64,000 nucleotides of DNA from Camelus dromedarius (lineage: Eukaryota). A program made the translations under genes and the position numbers. The number at the start of each line of letters is the position of its first letter. The first letter of the stretch is position 1. The notes under the pieces were generated by a model. It did not search any database. It saw only the letters and a program-made list of their open reading frames with translations, and was not told the DNA's origin. The stretch spans positions 40,674,001-40,738,000 of the forward strand of contig NC_087437.1 of NCBI RefSeq assembly GCF_036321535.1, written 5' to 3'. This document shows, in pieces, positions 25,498 through 40,089 of this stretch.

Positions 25498-27706
25498 CTG
25501 CATGGGACAAACACACATGGACGATGGATTTCCGGAGAGGAGCCAACCTTTGGTGGTTAACCATCTTGGGTAGAAAATACTGGAAATCTCTGGATCTTGG
25601 AACAAATACACAAAGTTTATGTATATGAATCAATTCAAAGTCAGTTCTAATGTTTCCCAGTTTCACTTCTGAAAACCTTTTTAACCTGAATGCCAGAACT
25701 AATTCTAAGAAACTATCAGAAACTGATCTTCTTCATTAGAAAAACTCCCATTTATTGGCGGTGTCTCTGTCATTGCTCCTTAGGTGTCAGCTATCCTGAG
25801 TGAACATGGGTCTAACTCATTGTGACCCCCACAGTTGATGGCACCAGGGTTAGATTATGTGTAGCACTCTTCTCTTTCATTTTTACCTATTGCAGAGGGT
25901 GCTTCTCATTTGAGAGTGATACCTCAAGCAATTTTTGAAAATCCTGTAGTATATCTGGGGAGAGGATAATAAAAATGTAAATATAAATCAATGCCTAGTT
26001 ATTAACTAGGAAATTTAGCACATGAAAAATGTAATTTAGGGAATACTTTTAGAGTGCCTACTGTGTGCTTGGCATGGTGCCAATTGGTGGGAATTAAAGA
26101 CAAGTGAGGCATGGCCCTGCCCTCTAGGGGATCTGTACCAGACTGTGTGAGCTCAGCAATGCAGTGATGTATAGGAACAAAGAGAGCAGAGTTGAGACAT
26201 GTACATCAGCTGGCTTTCAGGTCTATGGAGGAATTAATTGCACACAGAAAGTGGAACATGAGGCAAAGAAATGGCGGGGAGAGACAAGTTTTGGGTGGCA
26301 CGAGATGTGCATGGGGGGACTGGGAGGTGGCGAGGCTGGAGAAAGCAGAAGCCATGTGTTTTCTAAAGTGGGTTAGGTTAGGGCCCACTTCCACCAGAGT
26401 CATCTGTTGAGTTGTAATTACAGGAGGTGGAGACCAGGAGTCTGCATTGTAACAAGCTCCCCACTTGTATCAGTGAAAAATAATGATATATTGCTTTTTT
26501 TTTTTTTTTTTTTTTTTATAGAATTAGAGACCAAATTAGAAAGAGACTGGGAATACACCAAACTTCTGGAAGCTGGAAGAGTATTCTACGTTGTACTAGG
26601 AACTCTGAATTTGGGGGCAGAGGGTGGGGTACCAATTGGGAGGACAGACATAAGACAGCTTGGAGGAAACACACCAGGAAAGGGTTGTAGGAGGATGTAG
26701 AGGGGAACTCAAAGTCAACTTTACCTTCAGTCCTAGTTTTGTTAAGGGCCAACCCTGAGGTTCTCTCATCACAAATCAGGGAACAATGGTTCACTCTATT
26801 GTGACTAAAGGGAACAGGTTTCTTTTCCTTTTGAAAGGAGTGAAATCAGTGCAAGGAAGCAAAAACAGAGATGTCAACAGCAATGACACAGTGGGTGACT
26901 AAATGTGATGCAGTTACTCTTTTCCTTCCCCTCGGTGGCATCCGTGTCAGGGTGTCCATATGGAAGGAGCACTGGACCAGCTGGGCAGCGCTCTCCTCTC
27001 AACTCTACCTCTCTTCCTTGAACCTGTGTACCCTGTTACGTTGTTTCCTTCTTTGTAAAGTAAAGGAATTAGGCCAGGACGCTTTCTTAAGGGTCTCCTA
27101 CCCTGACAATCTAGGATTCTATTGTTATATTGAATTTTGCTACAAAATATATTGAGCATAATTTACTTTTCTTTTACATTCATTACTATATTTTTCTGTA
27201 TCCTGGAGATGCTCTCAAGGCTAGCAAAGCTGTTAGTCCCTACTTTGAATGGCCTAGGCTGCTGTTTATTTTGAGTTTCTATGTCAGCCCCCTTCCCTCC
27301 ACTTTGTAAAATGGTTTTCTATCTCCTTCATGGAGGACAGACTGTCAATTGTTTCTTCTTGTTGCTGTCACAGTCCAAACTCCTCCTTTTCTAAATCGCT
27401 GCTTCTAGCACTTGATGTTTAAGTGGTTAGAGTGAGTCTAAAATTAAGAGGAAGTGGTCTCAGAAGGAAGGCCTGAGGGGAGGAATTCCTCCATGAGGGA
27501 AGTACAGAGTGTGTAAACGCTGAGTGTGAGGACCTGGTGACATTTTCTTGGAAGCTTAGGGGACATGTGTGTTCTCTGCTCCTGAAGAGCATTGAATTTG
27601 CATGTACAGAGTAGGTTTCTCTTTAAGTGCAGTGTGAGGAGTGGATTAGGGGGCAAGTAACTTATCCTTGTCAGTGTAGGATCTACAGCTTTACCCAGTA
27701 ATTCTT

Positions 27707-27815
27707 TTCTTTTTAAAATTGAAGCACAGTCAATTACAATGTGTCAATTTCTGGCGTACAGAACAATGTCTCAGTCATGCATATACATACATATATTCGT
27801 TTTCATATTTTTTTA
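27707..27815 (-). mobile_element. Severely 5'-truncated L1 3' end (~109 bp)
   Basis: L1 3'-terminal sequence; TSD TACCCAGTAATTCTT (27692-27706) / TACCCAATAATTCTT (27816-27830). Confidence 0.8.
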
Positions 27816-28786
27816 TACCCAATAATTCTTATATACTATGACTTCTTTTCTCCATCCTTCTTTACCACCTGACAACGTGCAAGGCTTATACATAGAATTT
27901 TTCCAAGCAATGCTTTTGAAATGGGCATTGATTTGACTGCTGATTTAATTTGGAGAATCAGGATTGTTGAATTTGGGTAATCAAACATTCTCTCCTTGAT
28001 CTTTGATCTGCCGAATTAAATTTAAAAACACCCAATTCACCATCGGAACCCTTTCACCAAGGGTAATTAGCAGATTGCCAAATCCTCCTTAGGTCTTGTG
28101 AAGGGACCAGCCCCTTGCTGTCCTAAGTTGGAGGAAGAGGCCCTGTGCTGTGCACAGTGCAGGTGCATGTAGAATCTTAGTTGTTCATTTTCCAAAAACC
28201 TGCTTGGTTCCTGATGACTGGAGTCTGGGGAGAATAGTGGAAAAAACCAATTAGCCTCTAACCATATAGGACAATTTCTGCTCCCAGAAGTCAATTCTTT
28301 GGGGCACATTCTGATTTTGAACGTATTATAGTGTAAAAGATTTTATTTTGGCATCCTGATTTATCTGTATGCAAGAATCCAAGCTTTTAGTGGGCACTAG
28401 AGAGTATCCAGCCTGGTGCTAAAGCTCAGTGGTGACGAGTCAGTGATTTCAACTGCAAGTGTCCTGGAAAAGCCTGGAAAATGTTGTCAGTCATTCAGTT
28501 TTTATTTCAGAATATCTCGTGTATAAGAGAGACACATTTCAAGGGTATCTTTCTAATTGTAGTAAGAAATGAAAACCACGGAAAGGGTTTTTATATGGTT
28601 TTTATTCTAGATTCTGTGGTAACGGAGTATCCAAAGGCAACTTACTTGCCTCACACGGGTAAAAGGAGGGGCAGCTAGACGAGCCTCAGGATTCCTTCTA
28701 GTGCTCAGGTTCTTTGGTTTCACAGCTAGAATCAACTCGTAATCATTTGGGTCAACGGGAGAAGTCCTGAAGAAAACACTGCAAGC

Positions 28787-29290
28787 CAGCTGTCTCAGCT
28801 AAGGTGGCACTGTCTCCGAGGGGGAATTTTGGAAGTCTGTGAGGGTGTCTGTGGTTCTTATGATTATCGTGGGCACTCGTGGCATTAAATGGGCAGGTGC
28901 CTGGGCTGTTAGACATTCTGTCATGTGTGGGGCCGTCCCACTGAACAAGGCACCGTCTTGTGTCTTACATGATTCTGAAGGTCCCAGTGGACTTTCATGT
29001 AAGTCAAAACCTGTTTGTAACTTTTGAGCTTGAATCTGTCTTCATCTTACATATTAATACTAAGCACTTTTATTTGGCATGGCTTTATATACATTGAATT
29101 TTCCAGGCTGCGATAACTGGGTGAATTTAGGGACAGTTGTAATTTGTTTTGTTTGGAATTTGCCAGGAGTTGGTCATCATTTGGGAAAACCACATCATCA
29201 GTGGCTCAAGACATGGTCTTTGAGCACCAAACAGCACACCTGTGTGAGTGTGCGTTTGTAGCAATTGCATTCGTAGTGGTTCTATAAATG
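28787..29290. mobile_element. MER20B/Charlie-type hAT element; a related degenerate copy lies at ~46860-47420
   Basis: GGGAATTTTGGAAGTCTGTG...GGCATTAAATGGGCAGG start; internal segments shared with the 46.9-47.4-kb region. Confidence 0.5.
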
Positions 29291-32200
29291 ACAGCAGGCA
29301 ACCAATGATTTCAGTATGTCCCCTAATGTCCTTATGACCCCGCATTCACACATTGAGATACTATTTTTGTTAGAAATTACTTTTCTTTCATTTATCTTCC
29401 CTACAAAAGGCGTAATGATTTTTTTTAAAGTTAAGTATGTAGGAAGGTACCATTATCTCTAGTTTGCATTGCAGAATAGAAAAAAAGAATTGCAGAGTAC
29501 TTATTATCTAAAGTTGATTTGGTGTACTGGGATAGAGAATCACTATTCTAAATGAGAGATAGTTCATGAATAATCTCTATTCAATTTAGTAATGCATTTA
29601 AAAATTTCTTGCCCCAGAGTTACCTTCCTAATCATATTTGCCTTATGCTATTATCAAAGTGATTTTGCATTCCTTGGCTATTCATCAAGTGATTCGAGAG
29701 GGAAAGGCATATTGATTCCAAAAGAATAACCACGTAGCTGGAGAAAATCAATACAGAGAACAACGTTGGGGTACAGATGACCGTGAACGAGTGACTGCGT
29801 GCTGCAGACAGCATGATGGAAGTCTTTCCATTAGAGTTGTTCAAAGGTGGCAAGTCTAGGTCTTTAAGAAATTGGGGGATTCATTTCAGCAGGATTAGAG
29901 AGAGTGGGACTGATTCCTCATAGCCTGCAACTCAGATATCCTTTTCAGTGTCCACATTTTAAATATAAACATACATCTGGTTTTATTTTTTAATATCCCT
30001 GTTGTTTTGTTTTATTTCTATACCTAGAACTAGTTTTGGTTAAGTTGACTAATTACCAGCCTAAAAATTAGCGCAATTTAGGATTTACACGTTGAAAAGA
30101 GGGTTGGGACAAGACACTAGAACATTCCATATTTGAAACACTACCAGTCCCCTTGTGTGTACCCCAAATGATGTGTGATCTGAGGTTCAGAAAAATTTGG
30201 TTCCTTTCCATGTGAATTTCTTTTTAGCTCAGAAGGCCTATGGCTCTGTCATATATAGATATACTAGGCCAGCCTCTGGTTAGATTCTCCCAGAGTGCTT
30301 TCAAACAAGGGTGAACTTTCCAAACTGCCTAAGAGAGCGTGGCCCAATAGTAAACATAATCACTACATGTTCTTCCCCTTCTAATGTCATCCTGTCACTC
30401 ACAGCCTGCTCTGGTTCTCTGGTTCCCTCTTAGAACCAGGAGGCAGATTCTCCACCCTAAGAGGATGTAAAGGAGAAACACCCAGCTGAGAGTAGGCGAA
30501 AGGTAGAGAAGGGTTTCTCCACTCAAGAAATACATTTTCCTCTTCATTCCACCACAGAGAGCAATCAGACAAATAAGTACTTTCCAAAAGTGTGCTTTCA
30601 CCTGGAAAGTTTAAATCTAATGGTTATTTACACCTGAATGCCAATTACTCTACTCAGATAGAGAGGTTTTCCCATTAACATGTGGTTCAACTTACTAACT
30701 AATTCCCTAACATATTTATCAATGCAGCTACTAGTTTCCCGAATGACTTCTGACTTTCTAATTTCCTTCCTTCAGTGCCTACTGAGTCAGGCACTGAGGT
30801 GAATATCAGAGACATAAATGGTGAGCAAAGCAGATCTCCTGACCTTGAAGCATTTATATTCCAATCGGGAAAAAATTTAATAAACAGATGATTTCACAGG
30901 CTGGCATTTAATACTATAGAGTATTTATGAGGTGCTCTGGGAGCCCAGTGGTATGAGTGTGGTTCTTAGGGAGCATGGGTCTTTGGTTGCTGGGGAAGTG
31001 GGGAGGCTTTTGAGTTTCATCTTGAAGAGTGAGCTGGGCTTTGCCAGGCAGAAAAAAAATGAGAAAGACTGGTCTCAGGCAGATGAAGGGGCATAGCAGG
31101 GATGACATATGCAGGCTACTTTGGGGATTGAGGATGACGAGTCTGCAAGAGGTGGCCTGGGATCAAGTGTTGAGGGCGTGGGACATATTTAATAGGTTGG
31201 GGGAATCTAGCTGAAAAGGTCTGGACAGTTCATCTACTATTGTTGTAAAGTTTTGTCTTGATTGTAAAACCCACTCTGCACACACAGTCTGATTTGAGAG
31301 CCTAACACATAAATAAGTAAAAGGGTGGCTCTGTCTGAGGAGAGAGTGGGAGACCTGAGGCTAGTCTGCCCAGGATCTCCCCCAACCCATGCCTCCCCCA
31401 AATCTCTGAGCATCCTCTGTGGCCTCACAGTGCTGTACTGAGCATGGTGTGGGGAGGGGCATTGGCTGTTCATTGGGGTTGTTCTCTTACCTGATAGATG
31501 CAGCTGAGCCCCAGACCTGAGGCTGCATATTCAGGTAATGACAGAGCTGGGGCTAGAATGGAAGCCTCCCGATACCCTGTTCTTGGAGCTTTCCAATTCA
31601 TTCCTTCATTTATCCAAAATGTTTGGAAGGTACCATCTCTATGCATCTCTGTTAGTGTTAGATTTTAGAGACCTAGAGGTGACTAGGAAGAATACAGTTC
31701 CTTTTTTGTGAGTCTGATAGTCTAGTGGAGAAGACAGAGCAGAGAAACAACAGTTATTATAAGACAAGAGAGGACATATTAGGTGCAGCGGGTGGGGAAA
31801 ATGCATGGGCTGCTTCAAAGAACTGCAGCATTGAGTTCTGAAGTGAGGCCTTTGCACAGCCAGAAGGACTGTCCATAGGGAAAGAGGGTGTCAGGAGGTG
31901 TGAGAAGGAGTGGAGAGGAGTGTCCAAAAAAAAACTATTAGTCAACTCTACAGTGTCATTCAGGCCCTGGGATCAGTCCCATCTCCTGCATGTTGCTCAG
32001 AGGGTCTGTCAGGCCGCCTGAGGTGACCAGCCATGGGTCATAGATACCAGACCTGATTGGTTGTTTGGAATAAGCTGTATCTGTCAGTGAGTCCTCGTGC
32101 TTGAAGTCAGTTCCTCCTGAATGCCAATTATCTACTGACTCCCAGACTCAGGAAGGAATCAGCCATTGGACAACACCAGTGCAACTCACCACTTAGGCCC

Positions 32201-35200
32201 AAATGTGTCTTTAAGGCAGACTTCACCAAAGATAGCATTTTGCTGAGATGGTTGCTATCCATTTTCCTTCTCATTTTCTTGGTGTTCTTAAAACATCTCC
32301 GTCCCATGTATAACTTCGCAGCAGGGCCAGACCTGCTGTATATATTGCTACGGTAGTTAGTACTGCTTATGTGCAGGTTGGGAGTAGGGTATAAGGAGAA
32401 TCACGGGATCTTAGAGAGAAATAGAGTGTGAATTTTCCTGGAAACATTTGTTTTCACTGAAGCACTGAATTCCAGGTGGTGGGTAAAGAAGTGTCCCCAT
32501 CATTGCTGTCCCCCCTTTGAGAAACAGGTTGCTGGATTCTGAGAATCATCTTTTCAGCCCTCTGTCATGTGCAGCAGGACCCTGCCATTCCTGCACCATT
32601 GTCCTTTTCCCAATGCTCTTGATCAGCCAAGAAAATTGTGGGTTTCTTTTCCAGGGAGTAATCCATCAGGCTCTCTCTCCCTCCCACCTCGACTGTCTCT
32701 TCTACCTGAGTAAACTTGGTCACTCCATCACCTGTCAGTGAAGCCAGGCAATTTTTACAGATGTGCCTGGAAGAAAACCAATTTATCTGGGAACGCCTGT
32801 TCTTTGCGTCTGAGAAGAGACTTATAATTTTTCTGCCAGAGCAGGCCCCAGGTGGACAGTAAGAGTCTTTGTTTAGGGGATGGGCAGCATCTTCAGTCAG
32901 GGGGTGTATGGCAGGGCTCCAGTTAAAGTTGGGTGGGAAACAGAGGACTGGAAAGTTCCCCAACCCACAGTGCCAGTGTCTCAACATATAAGTAGAAAAA
33001 AAAGAAGCTGTTCTCATAGTCAGAGAAGTGACCCCCCCCAAAAAAATAGGTCAAGGAAGTTTAATAATTTACTGATTAAATGTGACCAGACTATCTGTTT
33101 ACTTTCTTGTCCAGATCTCCCTGTATGAAAATATTTTAGAGCTGTTGGAAGTACAGTTTCCAGAACATGATGAATTCCAGTATCTATTGTCTGGTCATGC
33201 TGTTGTTAGTGTTGTCATTAGTGTACATTAGTTTATTTGATTGCTTTATCAAATGATAATAAAGAGGGTAATAATAAACGTGGTTGCTTTCAACTAAAGA
33301 ATCCACAGGGTTAGCTGTTCCCTGAGCCCATCTTCTGGGCCAGCTTGGTCCCTCTTCATTGCTGAGGTGGCAGGTGGGCTAGAACTGCCCTTTTCTCGGC
33401 TCCTAATATTTTTATGTAGGTGACCTTGTGTTAACATCAAAGGTATCCTTGGAGGGGAAAAGGTGTTACAAAAGGGAAAGGCGTATGTTTTGGGGCATCT
33501 ACCTCTGCTAGGCCCATTGTACATGGTTCCTCATCTCATGTTCAGGTAAGCTGTGAGGGAGTGCTGGGGCCTCCATCAACAGCCCCTCTTCACTTTAGGA
33601 GAAGCTGTGAGGTGTCATGGGAGCCACAAAGCCTCTGGAGAGAGACCCAGAGACAACTAAATGAGATAATGCACACAGATCACTTTGCCCAATGCCTTGC
33701 ACACACTAAGAGCTTAATAAATGGCAACCAGAATTATTACTAACTGCAGCCTTGAGCAAGTCACCTCATTCACTGAATCTTAGTTTCTCCATCTAGAAAA
33801 TGGTGATGGTGATGCCTGCTGTGCAGGTTGTCGTGAGTCTGGGCATACAGCAGGTACTCCTCTAGTAGGAGCTATGGCTGTTGTTACAGTTGAGGAAAAA
33901 GAATCTGAGAGCTTTACTTAGCGGTAGTTTCTGGGGAGTGTTTATGCAGGAGCCCTGCCTCGAAGGTGGAATAAAAGAGGGTTGGAAGCAAGTAGTGTTG
34001 GCTGATGGTTCTAGAAACTCAGCATTGGCAGGGATATCAGAAGTTATCTAGAGTCTTGACCAAGCCCTCTGTGTGCTTGATGCTCTTGAAATCAGAACCT
34101 GGAAAAATTTATTTCCAGGTTTTAAATCGTTAACCCAGAAACGTCTATTCTGTTCTACAAGTCCAGTTAGAAGTTGTGAGGGTGAAGAGAAAGTTCCCAT
34201 TTTCTCGCTCAGCCTTCCTGTATGAGGCCTACCGCCCCTCATCCAGATGACTCTGATGACTGGCCCAAAAGGCTTTGTGCAGAAAGGCAAGGGGAGCAGT
34301 TGCTGAGGTGACAGCCAGTCAAAGGTTTTCCAGCTCATCACTCTCCAGGAGTAGGCAGTGTCTCTACAGAGGAAAGTGGTATGGACAGAAATGGCAGTCC
34401 TAAAAAGCTTCTGAGAGGGGACCAGACCACCACTCCCCTTGGCTTGAGAATTTAGTGGACAGGATTAAAAGTGAGTGCTAAGATAACACACTTGAGCCCC
34501 TCTGTGACCGCCTCAGCCCATTTGACGAGCAGGTGGGACCACATTCCAGTGGGACAGGCTGCGTTCTCAGCAGATGCCCAAGAGAGTGAGACCCAGAGAA
34601 TCTTCCACGGGCCTCAGAGGAGGACCTTCCCAGAGACATGAGAAACCCCTCATAAGAGGGGTGCCATCTTGACTTTTTCCCAGACGAGGCCATTGTGCAG
34701 GAAGGGCAGCACTGGGCCAGAGACTCAGGATGTAGAAGACTGTTCGAGAGAATCTTCTGGGTGTGGGGATTTGGTTACAACTCCTACTTCTTTCTAGTTC
34801 TCCTCCCTCCTGGGATACAAACACCTACCACGTTCACCTAGCCTCCTTCTCCTTCCCCCTTTCTACTCCGCAGCCCTCAAATTCTAGAAGAATTTGGCTT
34901 TCTGCAGGGCATAAGTGTGAAATTTGTATTTTAAGGAATGAGTGTTGCTGCCTACTGGTCCATGAGGAAGGAAGGGTGGTATGCATGGTAAACACTTCTG
35001 AGCAGGATCCGGGGCTACTGTTCTTCCTAGATTCACACCTAGATGGTCCTGATGGATTGTTCCCAGTTGGATAGCCCCTACCGATTGCAATAGCAGTGGT
35101 AGGATGTTAGCTGACTTTTCTACAGGACAACTGCAGTGAATAGAACAGTGAATCACTTGTATATGTTGGTGGTCTCCTAACAGAGGCACTCCCACCAAGG

Positions 35201-37716
35201 AAAACACTGAGGACTCTTGGCCCGATTCATCATAATTAAAACATGCTTAGAAATGTTTGCAAAGGAGTAGGCATTTGTATCTATCTTTCACATATAGGAG
35301 AAATTCATTATATTGTTTATTTTCTTTAAAATTCCTAAGAAATTATAAACTGGGGTATTTATAAAGTCTCAAGATAAGTAAATATAACCAAGAACTATTA
35401 CTGAATTTATTCCAAAATGGGAAATTTCTTGAGTTGATAGACTATAAAGATATATTTATGTATGTATATACATACATATATGTAAATGTATACATTTCTA
35501 TATATGTTTTCATCTACTTTGCAAGGGACTTTTGGGGCCAGATCCATGAAGATGGCCAGTGGTAAAGTATAGTGTGAAATGCTTGTGATGCATGTTAGCA
35601 GATCTTTGCTCTTCCCACACATACAGCCAACGTGGGCACTCAGTAAAGCACAGACACAGACTGTCCAGGGTGAATGCATTCCTTGGGGTGTTATATCAAA
35701 GGTTCATTTTATTGCTTGCTGTTTCTTCTTCTCCATGCCAGCTCTAGTTTTTGTGTTTGAATGCTGAGGGGCTTCCGAATCTGAACTATCTACTTCTCAT
35801 TTGCACTAAGAATGAACCCAGCCTTGTTAGGATGGAGATGTGGCCAACAGTAGAGTTACTAGTGATAAATTAAGAACAAACTTTACTAAACATTTACTGT
35901 GTGCACCAGCTCTACGAAGCACTTTACATACATGATCTTGGTTTTTATGAGATAGTTACGATTCAGACACTATCATTATCTCCACTTATAGATAATAGAT
36001 TCAAGATCTAGGCAGGTTATGAGGACTTCCCCATCTGCTTCACTTGACAGAATAAATCTAGAAAATGACATTTGTATGGATGTGGGAAGGAGGTCATGTG
36101 TAAAGGGATGAGGTTGTTCACAGGTAGGGGTGACTAACCTGGGGCCTCTGCCACTCCTGCTGCCCTGAGGGCTGAGGGAGCAAAACCTTGGCACACCTGT
36201 AATTTTTGACAACCTGCTTAGGAAGCTCTAGGTTAAATACATTTCCCAAATTTCACAAACGGCAGCACAGGGCTTGAGGTGCAGTAGATCAGCTCCGGGA
36301 CTGATTGCACCCAGTGCTCTGATGTTACATGGTGTTGGGATGTGTCTGCAGAGAGTTGAGACATTGGACCTTTCTTTACAAATCTTTCCCTTCTCTGGGT
36401 TCTTTATCACCCTAACTCATACAGGCAATTTAATCCAGACTCTTCATTTTGCAGAGGAGGAAACTGAGGTCAAGGGATATGAATGACTTGCTCAAGGGTC
36501 CTGAGCTGCTGAGGGACAGCACTGGAACTCGATCTCAGGTGTCCTGACTTCTGACCCAAGCCCTTTGTCTCTTGAGTGCTCATGACTATTTTATGTGTGC
36601 CTGCATTGTTTCTTGGCATCGATGCCAAGCCTTTTGTCTTGGAGCTCTTCCCTGTCTTCTGCAGCACCTCTGCTGTGCTGAACCCAAAGCAGGCGGCCAG
36701 TTCCTCCCACAGCCACGCTGGGTGCTTTTGGTATGCACTGTCCACTCTAGGAGGTGCTGGAGAAGATGTAAAAGAAGCCCAGATTCTCCTGGGTTTGCTG
36801 TAGAAGACTCATTTTCACAATCAGCAATTTGAGAAACTTGGATATTTCTATTATATTGTGCTTCCCCTTTTCTGAACTAGTAACTGACATCCTTCCTACA
36901 GGGCTGTCAATCCAGCCCTGCACAGAAGAACTGCAAGCACTTCACAACAGCCTTCTCCCTGCTGACAGGTGACAGAGGTGCTGAGCTTAGAAGTCATTTT
37001 CCTGACCTGGGTTACAGAAGTTTTGATCTAGAAAAGTGCTCTCTTAATCAGTAGACTAGAGTGAGCCACAGGTTCTTTTGAAACTCCAATAAGAATGAGG
37101 GTTTCCTTGATTCATTTGATTCTCTCTGGTGAGTTTTGAGGTGTGTGTCTGCATGAAGGAACGTTGGGTAACAGTCTCTGGAGCAGGAATAATCTAATTT
37201 AGACTCTCTTTTTGCCACTGACTACTTTGTGGCCCCAGACAAGTCATCCAGCCTCTCTGAACATCAGTTTTATCATCTGCAGAATGAATCTGACAGCGGT
37301 ACTTATTTTGTAGAATTTGTTGGGAGGATGATTCATAACTGTTCTGCTGGTGCCTGGCATGTTATCTGTCCTCAATGATTAATGATTAGGCATACAACTG
37401 GAACACTGTATCCACCTAGCAGGGGGGCCAAGAAGATCAAATGAGGAAGTATATGCACTGTCCAAATACTAGGGCACAGCATTTGCCTAATAATAAAAGC
37501 AATAATAATAATGCCTGACATTTAATGAGTGTTTACTAACTTATGTCTTAGAGACTTTTTAAACATCAGGGGCAGCTACTATCATTATTAAGATTTCACT
37601 CTATAGCTGTGTATTTAGACAGTGTTCTGGAGAGCTAGGCTTCCAGAGGCTTGAAGACTGCCCTACATTTGTTCATCTTTGTGTTTCCTCTGCACCCTCT
37701 CCAAGTTTCTGCCTCT

Positions 37717-37731
37717 CCCCCCCCCCCCCCC
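37717..37731. repeat. C15 homopolymer (G15 on the transcribed strand)
   Basis: Read directly. Confidence 0.9.
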
Positions 37732-38172
37732 AGTATGGTTAAAAGAAGTTCTCATATATGTTTAGGGGAACAAGTAAATGCAGGTTTGTGGAATGAATGA
37801 GTGATCTTAGATCACTGAAAATAGGTCACAAAAGGACCAGCCCTCCTGGTGGGCACCTGTCAAGTCTGGCTTCAGTTTGAGGAGGGGAAAATGGTTTGTT
37901 CTGAAAAATAAAACAAGGAAACTCACCAGACTGTCTAAATTGTCCCTAAATCTTTAGTGATCTTTAGTCATGAAAACCCATCCTGAGATGAACACTGGAA
38001 TGGGGAGACTGCTTAAGCTTTTTGAAGGTCTGCAGACAAGCCCAGGGAGGAGGTTGGGAGCCTCATCTGTGGGAAAAGCATCTGCTCCACCAGCTCTGCT
38101 TCCCTCACCAACTCCCCAGGGAGTCCGTCACCAGGGCTCACCTCGTGACGGGTTAGAAGATGCTAAAGAGCA

Positions 38173-38560
38173 GTAGAGATGATCATACTAAGTGAAGTAA
38201 GTCAGACAGAGAAAGACAAATAGCATCTGATATCACTTATATGTGGAATCTAAAAAAATGATACAAATGAACTTATTTACAAAACAGGAAGAGACTCACA
38301 GACATAGAAAACAAACTTATGGTTATCAAAGGGGAAAAGGGAGGAGGAATAAATCGGGAGTTTGGGATTAGCAGATACAAACTATTATATGTAAAATAGA
38401 TAAACAATAAGGTCCTATTGTGTAGCACGGGAACTATATTCAATATCTTATAATAACCTATAATGAAAAAGAATATACATATATGTATAACTGAGTCACT
38501 ATGCTGTACATCCGAAACTAACACAACACTGTAAATCAAGTATAAGTCATTTAAAAAAAC
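38173..38560 (+). mobile_element. 5'-truncated L1 (end of ORF2 plus 3'UTR)
   Basis: ATACTAAGTGAAGTAAGTCAGACAGAGAAAGACAAA L1 ORF2-end motif; A-tail; TSD AGAAGATGCTAAAGAGCA (38155-38172) / AGAAGATGGAAAAGAGCA (38561-38578). Confidence 0.9.
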
Positions 38561-40089
38561 AGAAGATGGAAAAGAGCAAATGAGGATGGCAGGAAATATA
38601 AATTATCAATCCTAGTGCTAAGCCATAAACTAGGAGTGCCAAGAAAAATACTACTCGGTGTGATGGTTCTTTATTGCTTTTTAGACCCTCTCATCCATTG
38701 CAATTTACTAATCCACATCTAATAGGAGAGATTGGATTCAAAGATCTCAGCGGCAGCTTGCTGAAGTAGAGGACCGTGAGTTTCGGAGTCCTGCACTCTT
38801 AGATTTGAGTTCTGGCTCTGCACTAAATATCTGCCTGCCTCTCAGGGAGTTCTTTTAACCTCTGAACCCCTGGCTCCTCATCTGAGGGCAGAACTAAACT
38901 CCCCCTCGCTGCTCCACTGTGTTGGTGAGGATGGAAAGGAGGTGCTACATGAAAGCATTGTATGCAGCATTCTACACAAAAAGATTAGTTTACTGTCCCT
39001 CGTGGTGTTCTGTAAGGATCCTCTTTACTAGAGTTTTCTGTTTCTCCTGTCACTTTTTGTCACCAGGATGGTATTGTAATCCATTATTCTAATGGCATTA
39101 TCTCAAAAACATTCTCATACATTATGTGTCCTTTCTCAGCTAGAAAGAGCATTTATCCTTCTCCCTCACCCTCCCTCATCCAGCCATGCCCAGATCCTCT
39201 CCATCGTAAGCTTCCTGTCAACAACCACTGTCAGGACCTAGGGCTTCATCGTCTCTTGCCTGTCCTGTACAGTAGGCACATAGCCCGTTTCTCCGCCTCT
39301 ATTCTCTCCCCACTGCGTTACTGAAATACAGATCTAGTTGTGCCACTGAACTTCTCAATGACCACAGAATGATAGCTAACTTTCCTGCCTTGGCCCCCAA
39401 ATCCCTCCTCTAGAACTCACTCTGTTTAAATAAACTATCTTGGTGGAGCATTTTGGTTAGAGGATGATAGTGTTTGAGAATGGCCAGGATAAACTTGGTG
39501 GGAGATAGAGAGATACGTAGACTGCTCTGGATATTTGGACAAGGGTTTTAGGACTTGACAGAGAGCAGGCCAAAGAGTAGAAGGTGAGTTTGAAGGAGAA
39601 AGGCTGCCCATCAGTGGGGCTGGAGGATGGAGCCAAGGGGAAGAGAGGGTTGGTGGGCATTTTCTAAAGACAGGGGAATTGGAGTATCCTATACTCAGTT
39701 GTAAGCTTGCTGTCTGCTGGGATGGACTGTGTTATATCTCCCATCTCTGGCCCAAACTTTCCATAAAATCCTCTGCACGTATGACCTTACCTTGCTGGTA
39801 CTTGGGGGAGAGAAGGGATTGCCACCCAGTTGGATGATGTGATAAATAAAAAAGGCAGAAGTAAAATGAAGTGGAGAGTGGAGACAGAGACTCCACGAAA
39901 GCAGAGACGCAGAGTTGGACGAAGTAGGAGGAAGGCAAGCTCGTGACTCCCTAGGTTTATTGAGGGAGACTCTAGATTTTCCAGCTGTACATTACTGGGA
40001 ATCAGAACCAGTTTTACTTATATGTTTTGAAACAACTTGACCTCAGCAAACTGGAGGGCTTAGGGGCTATGCATCCATTATAGATGTGG

